Origin: Azolla caroliniana
Lineage: Eukaryota > Plantae > Polypodiophyta
Direction of reading: 5' to 3'
Assembly (NCBI GenBank): GCA_043228905.1
Contig: JBHGNT010000013.1
Span: 11,966,001 to 12,030,000, forward strand
DNA length: 64,000 bases
This document shows positions 1-13,875 of this stretch, piece after piece. Under the pieces are notes generated by a model. The model had not been told where the DNA came from and did no database searches. It worked only from the letters and a program-made list of their open reading frames with translations. How positions within the stretch are numbered: position 1 is the stretch's first letter; every line of letters begins with the position of its first letter. The position numbers and the translations under genes were made by a program.

Positions 1-3000
1 TAATTGAATGGTGAACCCAATCAATAAATAAAGAACAACTTTTATTATAAAACCATGGATAACCCAACATTACATCAGTGGTACAAAGATTCATTACATG
101 GAAGTCTACTTCCTTTATATAAGTATCAATAGAAATTCTTAATGAATGAATTGCCCCGTTGATGTATTGTACTCTTCCATCAACCAAGTGCACCTTATAG
201 GTGTGATCACTTATAGTGGGTTGGATTCCCCATATCTGAACCAAACGATCATTCACAACGTTCTGTGAGCTTCCTGAATCAAATAAGAATTGTAACAGAC
301 ATCCATTGATATACCCGTTTGCACTTAGTAAATCATTGGGTCCCAATACATAGTGAGGGAAAGAATATTTACAATTACTTAAATGATATGTATAGACCTC
401 AAGGACATCAGGAATCTAACGTTTATGCTCTACAAATTTGGTTTTTTTGTTGTGCTCTTTTCGTTGGAGCTTTCGACATTACTCTTTTATATGACCCTTC
501 TTTTTGCAGAATACGCAAAAAGGATTTTGTCGCTTATAATCACAATCCATGAATTTGTTGGGTATCTTGCGTTTCCCAGCGAATTGTGACTGCGTGGTCC
601 GAGGCGCTTCGAGTTTGTTATGGTCATTCGAAGCGCGTTGATAACGAAGAACTATTTCAATGGCCTCTTCAAAGGATTTTGGATCCGTATTGTGCATTAT
701 CCAGTGATAATCCAAATTGGGAATGCCATTGACAAAACAAGCTATTGACCAATTGTCCCCTTCTAGACCCGATTTTTGGATTTGGGTTTTAGCATGGTGA
801 ACATAGTCTTCTAGCGAGGAAAATTTCCGGCTAGAGAGGTTCATCAAAGCTTGTGCTGTCTCGGTTCGAGATGGATGTTGTAGAAATTGACTCTTGAAAA
901 TTGTGACAAAGTTTGTCCCGGTATCGGGCAATTTCCCCTAGTGCAGAGCCCACGCCACTAGGTGGCGGCCTTACCCCCTAGACCTCAACCGACATATGCA
1001 ATCTTAGTACTATCTAGCTTGGGATATAGCTCCAAATGAGACTCCCATCAGCCTAGCCACATGCAGATTGCTTCTTTGGTTCTTTCCTTTTTTTCTCCCG
1101 TAAACGGCTTTACAACAAACGATGGTTCACCTTGACGCTCATTGGGTCTATTAGTATCATGTTGTATACTAATGACACGTGCCTCAAGAGCACTATGAGA
1201 TTACCGACGTTCAAAAATCTCATGCAAGGTAGAATTAAGGAAATTTTGTTTTTGTAAAATATACAAGTCAATGGGGATTGGCCCAGGGGGATTTCCTTGA
1301 ATTCCTTCTGCTTGGGCGGATGCCATCGGGTCATTATTATGAGCCATTGAATGATAATTTCTGGCACGGAAATAGGATAAGGTTAGACAAATAGTCATAA
1401 CCTCATGTCGTGATGTAAACATATCATGGGCAAACATTAATCGATATCATGATCTCACGTCAATACCCCTCTAGACGTATATGAGAGCTTCAAGATCAAG
1501 TTACTATGGTAACACAAAGGTGTTTTAAAAACCATGGCAGTGACAAATGAATGTCTTTCCTTGATCTCTATATCGATTTTTTCATGGCAGCTCCGCGAGG
1601 CTCAACCATGTATGTTCGCGTTATGAAGAGTTTATACACAAAAAAATGTTAACAATAAACTATGTCTCTGTGCCCACCCATGTGGTTTCGGCTCTTTAAG
1701 TCCTATTAAGAGGACCCCGAAGTGCACTTAGACCTAAAGTCTAAACATGTTTTATAGGCATATGTATCAACAATGTTGTATGGTCTTGGTCATATTTGAA
1801 CTCAAGACCTTGAGAACAAATACATTAAACACTTGCGCTAACCAAATGGTTTGCTCCTCTTAAATATTTAATGTTTATGCGTATGAGAGATATGCGAAGG
1901 CATTTGCATATATATGTTCTTTTTTAAAAGAAAACATATGTGTCTAGAAACCTTATTTCCCCCTCGTTAACAAGAAAACTATGTTGGTACGTTAACCAAC
2001 CTCAAGTCTCATCATTACGATGGCCTGCCCCAAAGTGCAACCTAATGGTCAAGCCACACGAGCCCTCTTTTCGTAGTAGGCCCACATGGCCCATCACATG
2101 GTTACATCACTACGAATGCCTTCCGTAATGATGATCTCATGGTGGCATCGTAACCATGTAACGAGGGAGGGATGTTGGATGCGTGTATCATAGGAGTGAC
2201 CTCACATGAAGTGGGTCAAGCCCTATGTGCTCAACATCATTGTGGCTATGATCATTTCGTTATAACACTTAGTGAAATCGAAGTGACCAACGGGGATGAC
2301 AACAAAAACAAAATTGTTGAAAAAGGATGTGACTACATCATTCTCACAAAAATGTGAGCACAACCACCAAGATCCTTTCCCCGAAAAGGACAACATTCGA
2401 TAATCCAAAATCACGTAATAAAAAAAAAATCCACATATTTATGTTTATCACATGTAGACGATTAAATACGTATACACATGATTACATATGCATATATTAA
2501 AAAAATCATAATCGAGGCATATAGCCTCAACGCACATGAAACATCCAAAATAAAGGTGAACGTAATACGCAATTCAGGTATTAACCTCGTACGCATACGA
2601 CACAAATCACATATCAAATATATGTCAAATGAGGTATTGATCTCATACACATATGTATATGTTTTATACAACCAATTATTACCACTACAACATAATTGAA
2701 TCAATGTCAAAAAAATTATATATTGACTATATATGATTAGATTCGGAGAAGAAAGAATAGAAAATAAAAATCAAGAAAGAGTTACCGAAGTTCCTTTGTT
2801 GATAGCTATCTGGATCAAGCTCGATCGATCACCATCCATCAAGAAGAAAACAAAAACAATCAACAAAAGAAACATTAGAATGAAATCTTGGATACCAATT
2901 GTTAGAGCTCGCTACTAATGTAAGCATATGATAAGGATAATATAGATAGAAAAAATAATAGAGGAGAGAGAAAGAAGGGTGCCGATCCACCCGACCACCC

Positions 3001-3350
3001 CCGAGCGAAGGGATTGAGACGGACTCGAGCCTCAATCGGCATCCCATACCATCGTCGTGGCGTCGAGTCGTACCTGGTACTAGCATGCTCGCTACAAGAG
3101 TTTACCACAAGGACGGAGTCTCAACGTAGTCGATAAGGTATCAAATGAGGGTGGTTAGGCCTCATATTTATAGCCAGACCTAAGGCCCCCATGCAAGTTC
3201 ACACTTGGCCTAATGGGTTGTCCCAATCCCAAGGATTAAAAGTAATCCTTCCCTTCTTTACACTCTTGTTTAACCATCACACTTTATCCACGTGTATAAA
3301 ATACTACGGTAAAACTTACCACTGGATATTATATGGTCATGCCCGTAACA
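1..3350 (-). mobile_element. Ty3/gypsy chromovirus-type LTR retrotransposon, copy 1 (degenerate, truncated by window start): 5' LTR, long leader, broken gag-protease
   Basis: 5' LTR 2900-3350 (TGTTACGGG...CTAACA on minus). PBS remnant TGGTATC at 2891-2897. Gag fragments 479-1437 include a CCHC-type knuckle start (CVFCKKKGH). Colinear with 8600-12899. Confidence 0.93.
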
Positions 3351-3351
3351 C

Positions 3352-3780
3352 TACCTTTGGACTTGGATTTGGCATGGGATTTGTCCCTTCTTTGCAGACT
3401 TCTTTGTCTGTTCCTTCCTCTACCCGGATGTTGAGGCACATTTGACTCTGACTAGGACAGGACACCCTTGTCCTTCCTTCTCATCTCCTCGTTCAAGATG
3501 CTTGTCTTTACCATTTGTATCTAGACAAGTTCTCTTATTGACACGAGGTGTTGAGAGTCACCACTAGGTTCTCCCAACTGTCCGGCAGGGTACACAACAG
3601 TAGAAGGGCTTGCATAGCATCATCAAGGGGAAACTTGACTGTGACAAGTTGATTTACTAGCCCCATAAATGTGTTGATGGGCACCATTATGCTTTCTCCA
3701 ATCTGTACTTCAGTCTAACGATATTTCTCATCAATGAGGTTTTGTTTAGGGCATTCTTCCTTGATCTGGGGTATCCATGA
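3352..3780 (-). pseudogene. Ty1/copia gag remnant (Tnt1/Tork-like UBN2 region), interrupted by gypsy copy 1
   Basis: Minus strand near 3545-3615 reads MQALLLLCTLPDSWENLVVTLNTS, a typical copia gag motif. The rest is frameshifted. Confidence 0.7.
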
Positions 3781-3924
3781 TGTAGTCGACTCTCTTTTTT
3801 TATATTGTAAGTAACTTACCCTAGTGGTAAGTTGTTACACTACATGGCACTATGCCTTTGAAACCCAATTACCTCCCCTCTCCATTACATACTTCATACA
3901 TATCTCTTTTGATTCACTAGATGC

Positions 3925-4005
3925 CACTGTGGAATGTCGAGGTTGAACCCATGACCTCCTGGTCTCCATTGGGCAACCTTACCAACTGAGCTACATCCAT
4001 ATGGG
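3925..4005 (-). mobile_element. tRNA-derived SINE head / tRNA-like remnant
   Basis: Minus strand has A-box TAGCTCAGTTGG (3982-3993) and B-box-like GGTTCAACC (3941-3949) at tRNA spacing. No convincing acceptor or anticodon stems. Confidence 0.55.
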
Positions 4006-4149
4006 CCTCCTTCAGAGCAGTCGACAACCCTGTCGACTCGATAATTGGTCTGACCGACCATCCAATGTTCGGCTTGTCTCTGTTCGGCTGTCGACTTCTC
4101 TCATAGACACCAACTGTCGACTTCTCCCATAAGAGTGACATATTCCTAA

Positions 4150-4532
4150 CAAAAATGTGTCTTTCAAAATGTCAAACAAAATGTGGCAAAGTTCTTCAAG
4201 GAGATATGGTTGATGCTCCTGCAAACTCTAAGAGGTCAATATGAGGCAATAACTAGTAAGCCTGATGTTTTGTTTCGTAAGCAACAACATTTTCGAGAAA
4301 CTTGGAAAAAGGCAAAGGCCTTCATCGCTTTTGGGGAGAGAATAAAGTGGAGATATGCTCCAGCAAGATGGCTTTTTCCAGCCTTCGTCTTGGCAGGACC
4401 CTACATGAGGGCTTTTGCTACATGACATGTTGGTTGATGTGGGTATAAGGGTTATATTTTACTGTATGAGTTATTTGTAGCCTTTGGGCATCTTTCCATT
4501 AATACCAAGGTGAAACTTTATTCAAAAAAAAT
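4150..4532 (+). mobile_element. 3' fragment of an L1-like LINE (ORF2 C-terminus + poly(A))
   Basis: ORF 4183-4425 (EIWLMLLQTLRGQYE..W..W.Y.P) resembles ORF 40298-40648, which follows a zf-RVT motif. A-tail at about 4524-4532. Confidence 0.55.
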
Positions 4533-5523
4533 AGGTGTGTGTACATATGTTTGGGTATGAAGGTGGCAATCAGCAACGATTTAGTTTGAACTAAACCAAA
4601 CCACGAAATTGCAACTTAACGACTTAACAGTTTGGTTCAGTTTAGTTCAAGTTCAAGTTTTTGTAAAAGGTTCAATTTGGGGGTTAGCCATTTGGTTGGG
4701 TTCCGTTCAAGTTCATGTTTTTTATAAATGGTTATGTTTGGGAGTCAAGGGTTTGTTTTAAACCTTTATCAACTTAACGGTTCCTGGTTTAAACGGATTG
4801 AAACCATGGTTTAAATGGTTAAATGGTTTAGAGCTGACACTTTGGTTATTAATTTATTTTCTTGATTATTATTTTTTAACAACCTTTTAAGTTTGAAGCC
4901 TAATTATAACATTTTAGAAAATCTTTACAATTTGGGAATATTGAAAATTTACAATTAAAAAAATGTTTGAAAATTTGAATTTTGACCCAAGTTGAAAACC
5001 AAAACCCCAGTTTTACAGTTTAACAGTTTGAAAATCCCTAAAACCATTTTGTTGAGCATAGATTTTTTGTAACGATACGGTTTATTATAGATCTCGGTAC
5101 TAAAGTAAGCTTAAGATAAGGATAAAGAAATGAAAGGTAGAAAGGAGAAAGAGAAAGAAGGGTGCCGATCCACCCGACCACCCCCGAGCGAAGGGATCGA
5201 GACGGACTCGAGCCTCGATCGGCGTCCCATACCACTGCCGTGGCGTCGAGTCGTACCTGGTGCTGGTGCGCTCGCTACAAGAGTTGACCCACCACACGAG
5301 CAGAGTCTCGATGTAGTCAAAAGATCCTCAAATGAGGGTAGCTAGGCCTCTTATTTATAGCGATACCCAAGGCCCCCAGGCAAGTTCACACTTGACCTAA
5401 TGGGTTGTCTCAATCCCGAGGATTAAAAGTAATCCTCCCCTTCTTTACACTCTCGTTTAACCCTCACACTTATCCACGTGTATAGAATACTACGGTAAAT
5501 TCTTACCACATGATATTATATGG

Positions 5524-8500
5524 TCATGCCCGTAACATACTCCCCCTCTTTAAAACATTGCACTCTTGCAATGGAAAGTTAGGGAAGTTAGTTCTAAGAG
5601 TATTTTCGCGTTCCCATGTGGCATCTTTTATTGATTTATCCATCCATTTTATTTTAAATTCTCGGATTTCTTTAGTACGTAATTTTTTTATTTTAACATC
5701 GAGAATTCTTTCTGGTAGATGTGGTTTAGAAGATAATTCTTCAGAAGTAACCAAAGTTTCAGTCGTAACTGTATTGTCACTAGAACCTAGAAGTTCTTTT
5801 AGACGACTCACATGAAAGACTGGATGAATTCCGACACCATCGAGAAGAGCGAGACGATAGGTTGATGACCCAATGCGTTTGAGGACTATAAAAGGTCCAC
5901 AAAACCGTGGGGCTAACTTAGCGCACTTACTCGTAGACAATGTCTTAGAATTGTGAGGTACACGTAAAAATACCTTCTGTCCAGGGTTGAATACACGAGG
6001 CTGCCTATGATGATCGGCATAAAAACGCGCTCTATCTTGAGCTGTTTTTATATTATCTCGTGCAATATGCAACATATCTTGCATATCCCGAAGAAAGTTT
6101 TGCGTACTTCGCAACTCATCATGATGTATATTAACATCAATCGGGGCTCGTGGCTGAAAACCATACATCAACATAAAAGGACTATATCCCGTCGACGTAT
6201 GCTTGGAGCTGTTATAAGCAAACTCCAAAATTGGGAGATAACGTTCCCATTTTGTTGGTTTTGCACCAACGTATGCTCGAAGCATGTCCTCAATAATTTG
6301 ATTTACTCGTTCTGTCTGTCCATCGGATTGAGGATGATCCGTGGAGCTCATGCTCAACGTAGTTTCTAACTTCTTAAAGACTTGTGTCCAGAAGTCACTA
6401 GTAAACTTTGGATCTCGATCACTCACGATATCCATCGGTAACCCATAAAAATGAAACAATTCGTCAACGAATTGGTAAGCCAATTCAAGAGCTGTTACCG
6501 TGGTTTTAGTAGCAATAAATCTGGCCATTTTAGTTAGTCGATCAACGACAACCCAGATGGCATCATGACCTTTTTGGGTGCGAGGAAGGCTAACAATAAA
6601 ATCCATGGATATACTTTCCCACTTATTATTGGGAATGTCCAAGGGTTGTAAAAGTCCTGCAGCTTTAAGTCGCTCGGCTTTGTTAACCTGACACTGGTGA
6701 CATTTAGTCACATAGCTATGTATGTCAGGACGCATCTTAGGCCAATAAAATTGAGTGGAGATGAGAACGAGTGTACGATGTATTCCAGGGTGCCCTGCTG
6801 AGGGTGCATCATGGCATTCAAAAAGAATCCTCTTTTTGACCTCGGGTAAATCTGGAACACAAACCTTCCAATTACGGTAGAGCAAATCGTTAGCAATGTG
6901 GAAGTATTCCTTCAAGGATGTGGTGGTGTCTGTTCCAGACTCAACTCTTGCCCAGTATTTTACGAAATAACTGTCATCAGGATACTTTCCTCAAAGGTGA
7001 TCATAAAGATCTGATGATATTTCAGTGAAGCTAAGCGTGTTAACTTCACGGATGCGACTTAGTGCATCAGCGACAGTGTTCATGGAACCTTTACGATATC
7101 GTATGGAAAAATCAAAGTCCTGGATGAGATCAGCCCATCGTGCCTTATGACCTTTCAGGTCTTGTTGGTCACAAAAATATTTCAAGGACTCGTGGTCCGT
7201 AGTTACCACAAAGTGATTTCCATAAAGATAATGGCGCCATGTTTTGAGCGCATGTATAACTGCAAATAATTCCTTTTCTTGAACGGTATACCGACATTGA
7301 GCAGAATCAAGTTTCTTACTCTCGAATGCTATTGGTTTACCATCTTGATACAAGACAGCACCTATAGCATAATCGCTTGCATCGGTTTCAACCTCAAAAG
7401 GTTTTGAAGGATCGGGTAAAAGAAGTGAAGGAGCCTTGCAAACCAGGTCCTTGAGTTCCTTAAAGGCAAGGTCTAGTGTAGCATTCCACACAATAGGTTT
7501 TGTAGACTTACGCGTTTGACCTTTTAAAATATCAGTAAACGGCGTCGTCAATTGGGAGTAATTACGAAGAGACTTTCGCAAAAACCCCACAAAACCAACG
7601 AATGATCGAACTTCTTGAATATTCCGAAGAGTGGGCCAAAGCTTGATTTTCTCAATGCGAGAAGGATCAATTTCAACTCCTCGTTCGGTTATGAGATGTC
7701 CTAGATAAGTAATTGATTTCTTGAAGAACTCACATTTTGAGATCTTCGCATAAAATTATTTGTCACGCAATGTTTGTAAAACAAAGCGGACATGTCTCGC
7801 ATGTTCTTGTAATGTACGGCTATAAACTAAAATATCATCCAAGAAAATAACAATAAATTTTCCAAGTTGTTCTCGGAAAATGTCATTCATTTCTTGTTGA
7901 AAAGTAGCCGGAGCATTGGTCAAACCAAAAGGCATAACCAAAAACTCGTAATGGCCATAGCGCATACGAAATGTCATTTTAGGAACATCGTCCTCACTTA
8001 TTCGTATTTGATGGTAGCCAGTACGGAGATCAAGTTTCGTAAAATACCGAGCTCCTTGGAGACGGTCAATTAGATCGTCAGCTCGGGGCAATGGGTACGA
8101 ATTCTTGATCGTCACTTTATTCAAGCGTCGGTAATTAATACACATACGCCATGTGCCCTCTTTCTTTTTAACCAAGAGAACTGGTGCACCCCATGGAGAT
8201 TTACTATAACGTATATAACCCATTCGTAAATAGTCCTTGAGTTGCTTAGATACCTCATCTTCTTCGGATCGACTTAAGCGATACGGAGGTATACTTATTG
8301 GTGCAACACCAGGTACAATATCTATACGATGGTCTATATTACGTTTAGGAGGTAACCCATCAGGTAGTTCACTTGGAAAAACATCATGAAAATCATTTAA
8401 GATTTCATCAAGTTGTTGTTGTTCAAAATATGTTAATTGAATCGGGACATTATCGATATTGTAAACGTGAATGTCCGGATCAAGTACACAATAATATAAC

Positions 8501-9957
8501 GTAGAACAAGACAACTCGGATATTGATGGACTCGAGGAAACAATCGAGAGGGATTGTTTTTTTACACATTGAATAAAATGCGTACAATCGTTCAGTACAA
8601 AAGAAATGGAATGACGAACCCAATCAATAAATAAAGAAGAGTTTTTATTATAAAACCAGGGATAACCCAGTATTACATCGGTGGTACAAAGATTCATTAC
8701 ATGGAAGTCTACTTCCTCTATATAAGTATCAATAGAAATTCCTAATGAATGAATCGCCCCATTGATGTATTGTACTCTTCCATCAGCCAAGTGCACCGTG
8801 TAGGTGTGATCACTTACGGTGGGTTGGATTCCCCATATCTGAACCAAACGATCATTCACAAAATTGTGTGAGCTTCCCGAATCAAATAAAAATTGTACGG
8901 GAGATCCATTGATATACCCGTTTGCACGTAGTAAATCATTGGGACCCAATACATAGTGAGGGAAAGAACATTGACAATTACTTAAATGGTGTGTATAGAC
9001 CTGAAGGACATTAGGAATCTGACCTTTATGGTCTGCAGCTTTAGCTTTGTTGTCGTGCTCTTTTCGTTGGAGCTTTCGACATTGATCTTTTGTATGACCC
9101 TTCTTTTTGCAGAATACACAAAAAGGATGTTGTCGCTTACAATCGCGATCTAGGAATTCGTTGGGTGTCTTGCGTTTCCCAACAAATTGCGACTGCTTAG
9201 TCCCGGGCACTTCGTTGGGTTTGTTATGGTCCTTCTTCGAAGTGCGTTGATAGCGAAGAACTATTTCAACGGCCTCTTCGAAGGATTTTGGATCCTTATC
9301 GTGCACTATCCAGTGATAGTCCGAATTGGGGATGCCATTGACAAAACAAGCTATCAACCAATTGTCCCCTTCTAGACCCGATTTTTGGATTTGGGTTCTA
9401 GCATGGTGAACATAGTCTTCTAGCGAGGAAAATTTCCTGCTAGAGAGGTTCATTAAAGCTTGTGCTGCCTCGGTTCGAGAGGGAGGTTGCAGAAATTGGC
9501 CCTTAAAAACCGTGACAAAATCTGTCCAGGTATCGGGCAATTTCCCCATAGTACGGAGCCCACGCCACCAAGCGGCGGCCTTACCCCCGAGTTCTCGGCC
9601 GACATATGCAATCTTCGTACTATCTGGCGTGGGATAGAGCTCAAAATGAGACTCCCATCGTCCCAGCCATGTGCAGATTGCTTCTTCGGTTCTTTCCTTT
9701 TTGTCTCCGGTAAATGGCTTAACGACAAATGATGGTTCACCTTGTCGCTCATCAGGTCTATTAGTCTCACGTTGTAGACTAATGACACGTGCCTCAAGAG
9801 CACTCTGAGATTGCCGAAGTTCGGTCATCTGTTGAGCGGTGAAACTAAGGTATTGGGTTATTTGTGCCAAATACATCTCAATGGACATTTGTCCAGGAGG
9901 ATTCCCTTGAGTTCCTTCCGCTTGAGCGGATGACATCGGGTCGTTAATTTGAGCCAT
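5524..9957 (-). pseudogene. gag-pol polyprotein (Gag-CCHC, protease, RT, RNase H, integrase, chromodomain); single frame with two nonsense codons
   Basis: ORFs 7756-9957, 6991-7590 and 5524-6915 are all in the same frame. Motifs: [35 protein letters not shown] integrase, SDRDPKF, C-terminal chromodomain (ERILD...KIKW...DATWE). Stops at 7756 (TAA) and 6991 (TGA). Confidence 0.95.
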
Positions 9958-10784
9958 TAAAGATTATTTCTGGAAAAGAAATAGGATAAGGTCAGAGAGA
10001 TAGTCATAACATCATGTCGTGATGTAAACATATCATGGGCGAGCATTAATCGATATCATTATCTCACGTCAATACCCCTCTAGACGTATGAGATGAGGTT
10101 CAAGATCAGATTACTATGGTAACACAAAGGTGTTTTAAAAACCATGGGGGTGACAAATAAATGTCTTTCCCTGATCTCTATATCGATTTTTTCATGGTGG
10201 CTCCCCGAGGCTCAACCATGTATGTTCGCGTCATGAATAGTTTATACACGAAAAAAAATGTTAACAATAAACTATGTTTCGGTGCCCACATAAGTGGTTT
10301 CGGCTCTTTAAGTCCTATTACGAGGACCCCGAGGTGCACTTAGACCTTAAGTCTAAACATGTGTTATAGTCATATGTATCAAGGATGTTGTATGGTCTTG
10401 GTCATATTTGAACTCGAGACCTCGAGAACAAATACATTAAACACTTGAGCCAACCAAGTAAGTTGTTCTTCTCGAATGCTTAATGTTTGATGCGTATAAG
10501 AGATATGCGAGATCATATATGTTTTTTTTCAAAGAACATATATGTCAAGGGTCCTTATTTCGCCCTCATTTACCAAAACTATGTTGGTACGTTACCTATC
10601 CTCAAGTCTCGTAATTACGATGGCATACGCCAAAGTGTAACCTAATGGTGAAGCCAAATGAGCCCTTGTTTCGTAGTAGGTTCACGTGGGCCATCACATG
10701 GTCACGTCATTATGAATGCCTCTCGTAAGAACGAGCTCATGGTGGCATCGTATACATGTAACGAGGGAGGGATGTTGGATACGT

Positions 10785-11584
10785 TGTCGAGATATTACGC
10801 AAGTGCGTGTGAAAATGAGGCGGGACCGCGGGGGTCTCGAACCAAAGAGCAAGCAAGGGAGGAGAAAGAGAGAGAACCGGCTACGCAGGACCGGGGATAC
10901 GCAGGGACACGGCCCTTCAGCACGGAGAACGCGAACAGACACCGACACAGACAGATGCGAATGACTAAATATGTGTATTAACAAAAATGGCTAACACGAC
11001 TACAACCCTCGATGGGGCACAGGTTGTTTACAACCGAACAGGCCGGCGAACAGATGCCGATGCCTGTTCGCTTCGACGCACAAACGGGGTAGCAGGTCGG
11101 AGGTGCTGCCGGAAGCACTCGGGCGTTCCTCGAAACAGCGCGAGCCTCCTCGGAACCCTGCACAGAAGCTATGGAGCTCGAGAAGGAAGGGAACACAGAG
11201 AGAGAGAGAGAGAGAGAGAAGCGCCCAGAAACGGTCCGGCAGCACTTCGTCCTCTCCGCGCGAGATCCCTGCAACAACTCTTTCCTGCTCCTTATATAGG
11301 CCGACGAGCAGGCCGTCATATCAGCTTTATTCCCTGTCCCTTTTGGACAGGGATCCGCTCCGTTTTTCACGCATCCGCGTAGTTACGCCGCCGACTCGTA
11401 CAGTTCGCGCGCGCGACCGAAAAGACTGTTCGCGCGGTCTTTGTCTCCACTCGAGTTAGGGCCCGTTCCTGCCGATTATCCTCCTAATTCGCTTTTATGT
11501 ACAACTTGGAGCTTGCGCGCGTGAAGAACCGGTTCCCACGCCTAGGTGCGCCGATTCCGCCTATGGACGGTTTTCTTCACGACA
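10785..11584. mobile_element. 800-bp solo-LTR-like insertion (TGTCGAGA...TCACGACA) with 4-bp TSD ACGT
   Basis: Absent from the homologous leader of copy 1 (about 2180-2190). Flanked by ACGT at 10781-10784 and 11585-11588. TG..CA inverted termini, GC-rich, TATA-like element near 11293. Confidence 0.85.
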
Positions 11585-11939
11585 ACGTGCGTCATTGGAG
11601 TGACCTCACTTGAAGTGGGTCAAGCCCTACGTACTCAACATCATTTTGGCTATTGGCGTTTCTTTACGTAACGAAATCGAGGTCATCAACGGGGTTATCA
11701 ACAATAAAAAATTGTTGAAAAAGGGATGGTGACAACGCCATTCTCACAAAAATGTGAGGACGGCCACCAACATCCTTTTCCCGACCATGACAACTTTCGA
11801 CATAATCACGTAATAACGAATATACACATATGTTTACTTTTCACATATATACGATCAAATACGTATATATGTGACCACATATGCCTATATTAAACATATC
11901 GTTATATTAAATAGCCACAAATGATGTGATCGAGATACG

Positions 11940-12200
11940 TAATCGAGGTATATACCTCTACGCACATGAAAGATCCTCAAATAAGAGATCATCGTAATAC
12001 GCAATTGAGGTATTGACCTCTTACGCATACGAGACCAACTGCATATCGTTTACAACAAATCAAGGTATTAAACTCATACGCAAACGTAACATATGTTCGT
12101 GAAAGTAATACGTAATTGAGGTATTAACCTCGTACGCATACGACACTCATCACATATTATTAATATGTCAAACGAGGTATTGACCTCGTGCACATATGTA
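11940..12200. repeat. About five 56-61-bp tandem units in the gypsy leader, each with a GAGGT-N4-ACCTC hairpin
   Basis: Units near 11946, 12007, 12062, 12118 and 12174. Three related units in copy 1 (about 2514-2645). Confidence 0.75.
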
Positions 12201-13020
12201 AACGTTTTAGATAATCAATTAAAGACCACTACAACATCATTGACTTAATGAAAAAAATTACATATAAACTAAACACATGATTAGATGGGAGAAGAGAGAA
12301 TAGAAAGAAAAATTATGGAAAGAGTTACCGAAGTTCTTTGTTGATCGTTGTCTGGATCAAGGCCAACCGCACAACGATCGATCAGCATCAATCAAAAGAC
12401 AAATGAAAAACAAAGAAACATTAGTACAAAAATCTGATACCAAATATTATAGATCTCGGTACTAAAGTAAGCTTAAGATAAGGATAAAGAAATGAAAGGT
12501 AGAAAGGAGAAAGAGAAAGAAGGGTGCCGATCCACCCGACCACCCCCGAGCGAAGGGATCGAGACGGACTCGAGCCTCGATCGGTGTCCCATACCACCGC
12601 CGTGGCGTCGAGTCGTACCTGGTGCTGGCGCGCTCGCTACAAGAGTTGACCCACCACACGAGCAGAGTCTCGATGTAGTCAAAAGATCCTCAAATGAGGG
12701 TAGCTAGGCCTCTTATTTATAGCGATACCCAAGGCCCCCAGGCAAGTTCACACTTGACCTAATGGGTTGTCTCAATCCCGAGGATTAAAAGTAATCCTCC
12801 CCTTCTTTACACTCTCGTTTAACCCTCACACTTATCCACGTGTATAGAATACTACGGTAAATTCTTACCACGGGATATTATATGGTCATGCCCGTAACAC
12901 GGTTTGCACGGTTTCAGTTTAAATTGTTTCTTAATTTGGTTTAAGCATCCATTTTTTAAAATGGTTTGAGTTTGACACTCTTGAACCAAACTAAACCATT
13001 GTCGATTGCTATATCCAAAA

Positions 13021-13152
13021 TAACCCTCACATTTTCTTATTTCCCCTAGTGCTCATGCCAATTGAGCCTCAAGTCAATTCATTCCATTCTTCCAGGACTG
13101 CCAATGGGAAGGGCATTTGGAGAAACAGCAAAAATTAGGAAAAGAACTCTTT
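13021..13152. repeat. Partial unit of the about 203-bp tandem repeat (left part, cut by the Bianca insertion)
   Basis: Matches the units at 39080-39930 and joins them across TSD TCTTT. Confidence 0.85.
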
Positions 13153-13875
13153 TGTTATGAACTCATGCATGTAGTGAGTCATGTTATACCTATCTTAGTC
13201 TTAAGCTTTAGTTAACAAGACTTCATGATGTAAATAGTATGCATGCATCCCATCATCTGGTGGGTCATAAACTCATGTATCTGAATAATTTTGGTAATAT
13301 ATATAGAAGAGCATAGCCAATGAGCTCTATCTAGAGATTATATTGATATGTGATTAGTGATCTAGATTAATATCTAATCGGTCTTTGATCTTGCTTAATG
13401 GTCTATTCTATAACACATTATCAGCACGATTAGCCTCTACCATAGCAATTAATTATTTTCTTATACAAATCTACCTTATTGTTACCATTAGCATGGCTTC
13501 TCAAGCTCTACAAATAGAGAAATGCTTATTCCCGCCACTTGCGTTCGATGGTTCCAAGTATATGACTTGGATGGTTCATGTTGAAGGCCATCTCACGGGG
13601 AAAGATCTCTTTCATATGGTAAGTGATAAAAATGATGCTGAGAACTCAAATGCTAGGAAGAAGGGAGTAGAAGTGTTCATCTTCATCCTTCATCATCTTG
13701 ATCTAAGCCTTCAAAATCAATACTCCATCAACTCTTTGGAAGCAACTCAAAGCTCGTTTTGATCATCAACGAATTGTTCTCAGCCCCAACACTTTGCATG
13801 AATGGAATCAACTTTGTTTTCAAGATTTCAAAACAATTTCTTAATATAATTCCTCATTATTTGGTATCATTTCTG

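Larger units (their letters stand above)
5083..12899 (-). mobile_element. Full-length Ty3/gypsy chromovirus LTR retrotransposon, copy 2
   Basis: Two 455-bp LTRs (5083-5537, 12445-12899) with only about 5 differences seen. TSD CGGTT (5078-5082, 12900-12904). tRNA-iMet PBS TGGTATCAGA at 12433-12442. PPT AAGAGGGGGAGTA at 5538-5550. Confidence 0.97.
4564..13011. mobile_element. Degenerate MITE-like element (about 0.63 kb net) split by gypsy copy 2
   Basis: Imperfect TIRs: TGGCAATCAGCAACGATTTAGTTTG at 4564 vs reverse complement TAGCAATCGACAATGGTTTAGTTTG ending 13011. The interior is AAACC/GGTTT-rich. No clear TSD. Confidence 0.5.

Noticed and set aside
3925-4005. Functional tRNA gene
   Set aside because: A and B boxes are present, but I could not fold proper acceptor or anticodon stems. 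SINE-like remnant.
5038-5345. Short ORFs repeated at 2829-3108, 5038-5345 and 12462-12707
   Set aside because: They lie inside GC-rich LTRs and recur only because the LTR is repeated.
10658-11459. Overlapping 80-130 aa ORFs as an extra (env-like or antisense) gene of the gypsy element
   Set aside because: They fall in the GC-rich inserted solo LTR with a (GA)n tract, have no recognisable domain and are absent from the sister copy.
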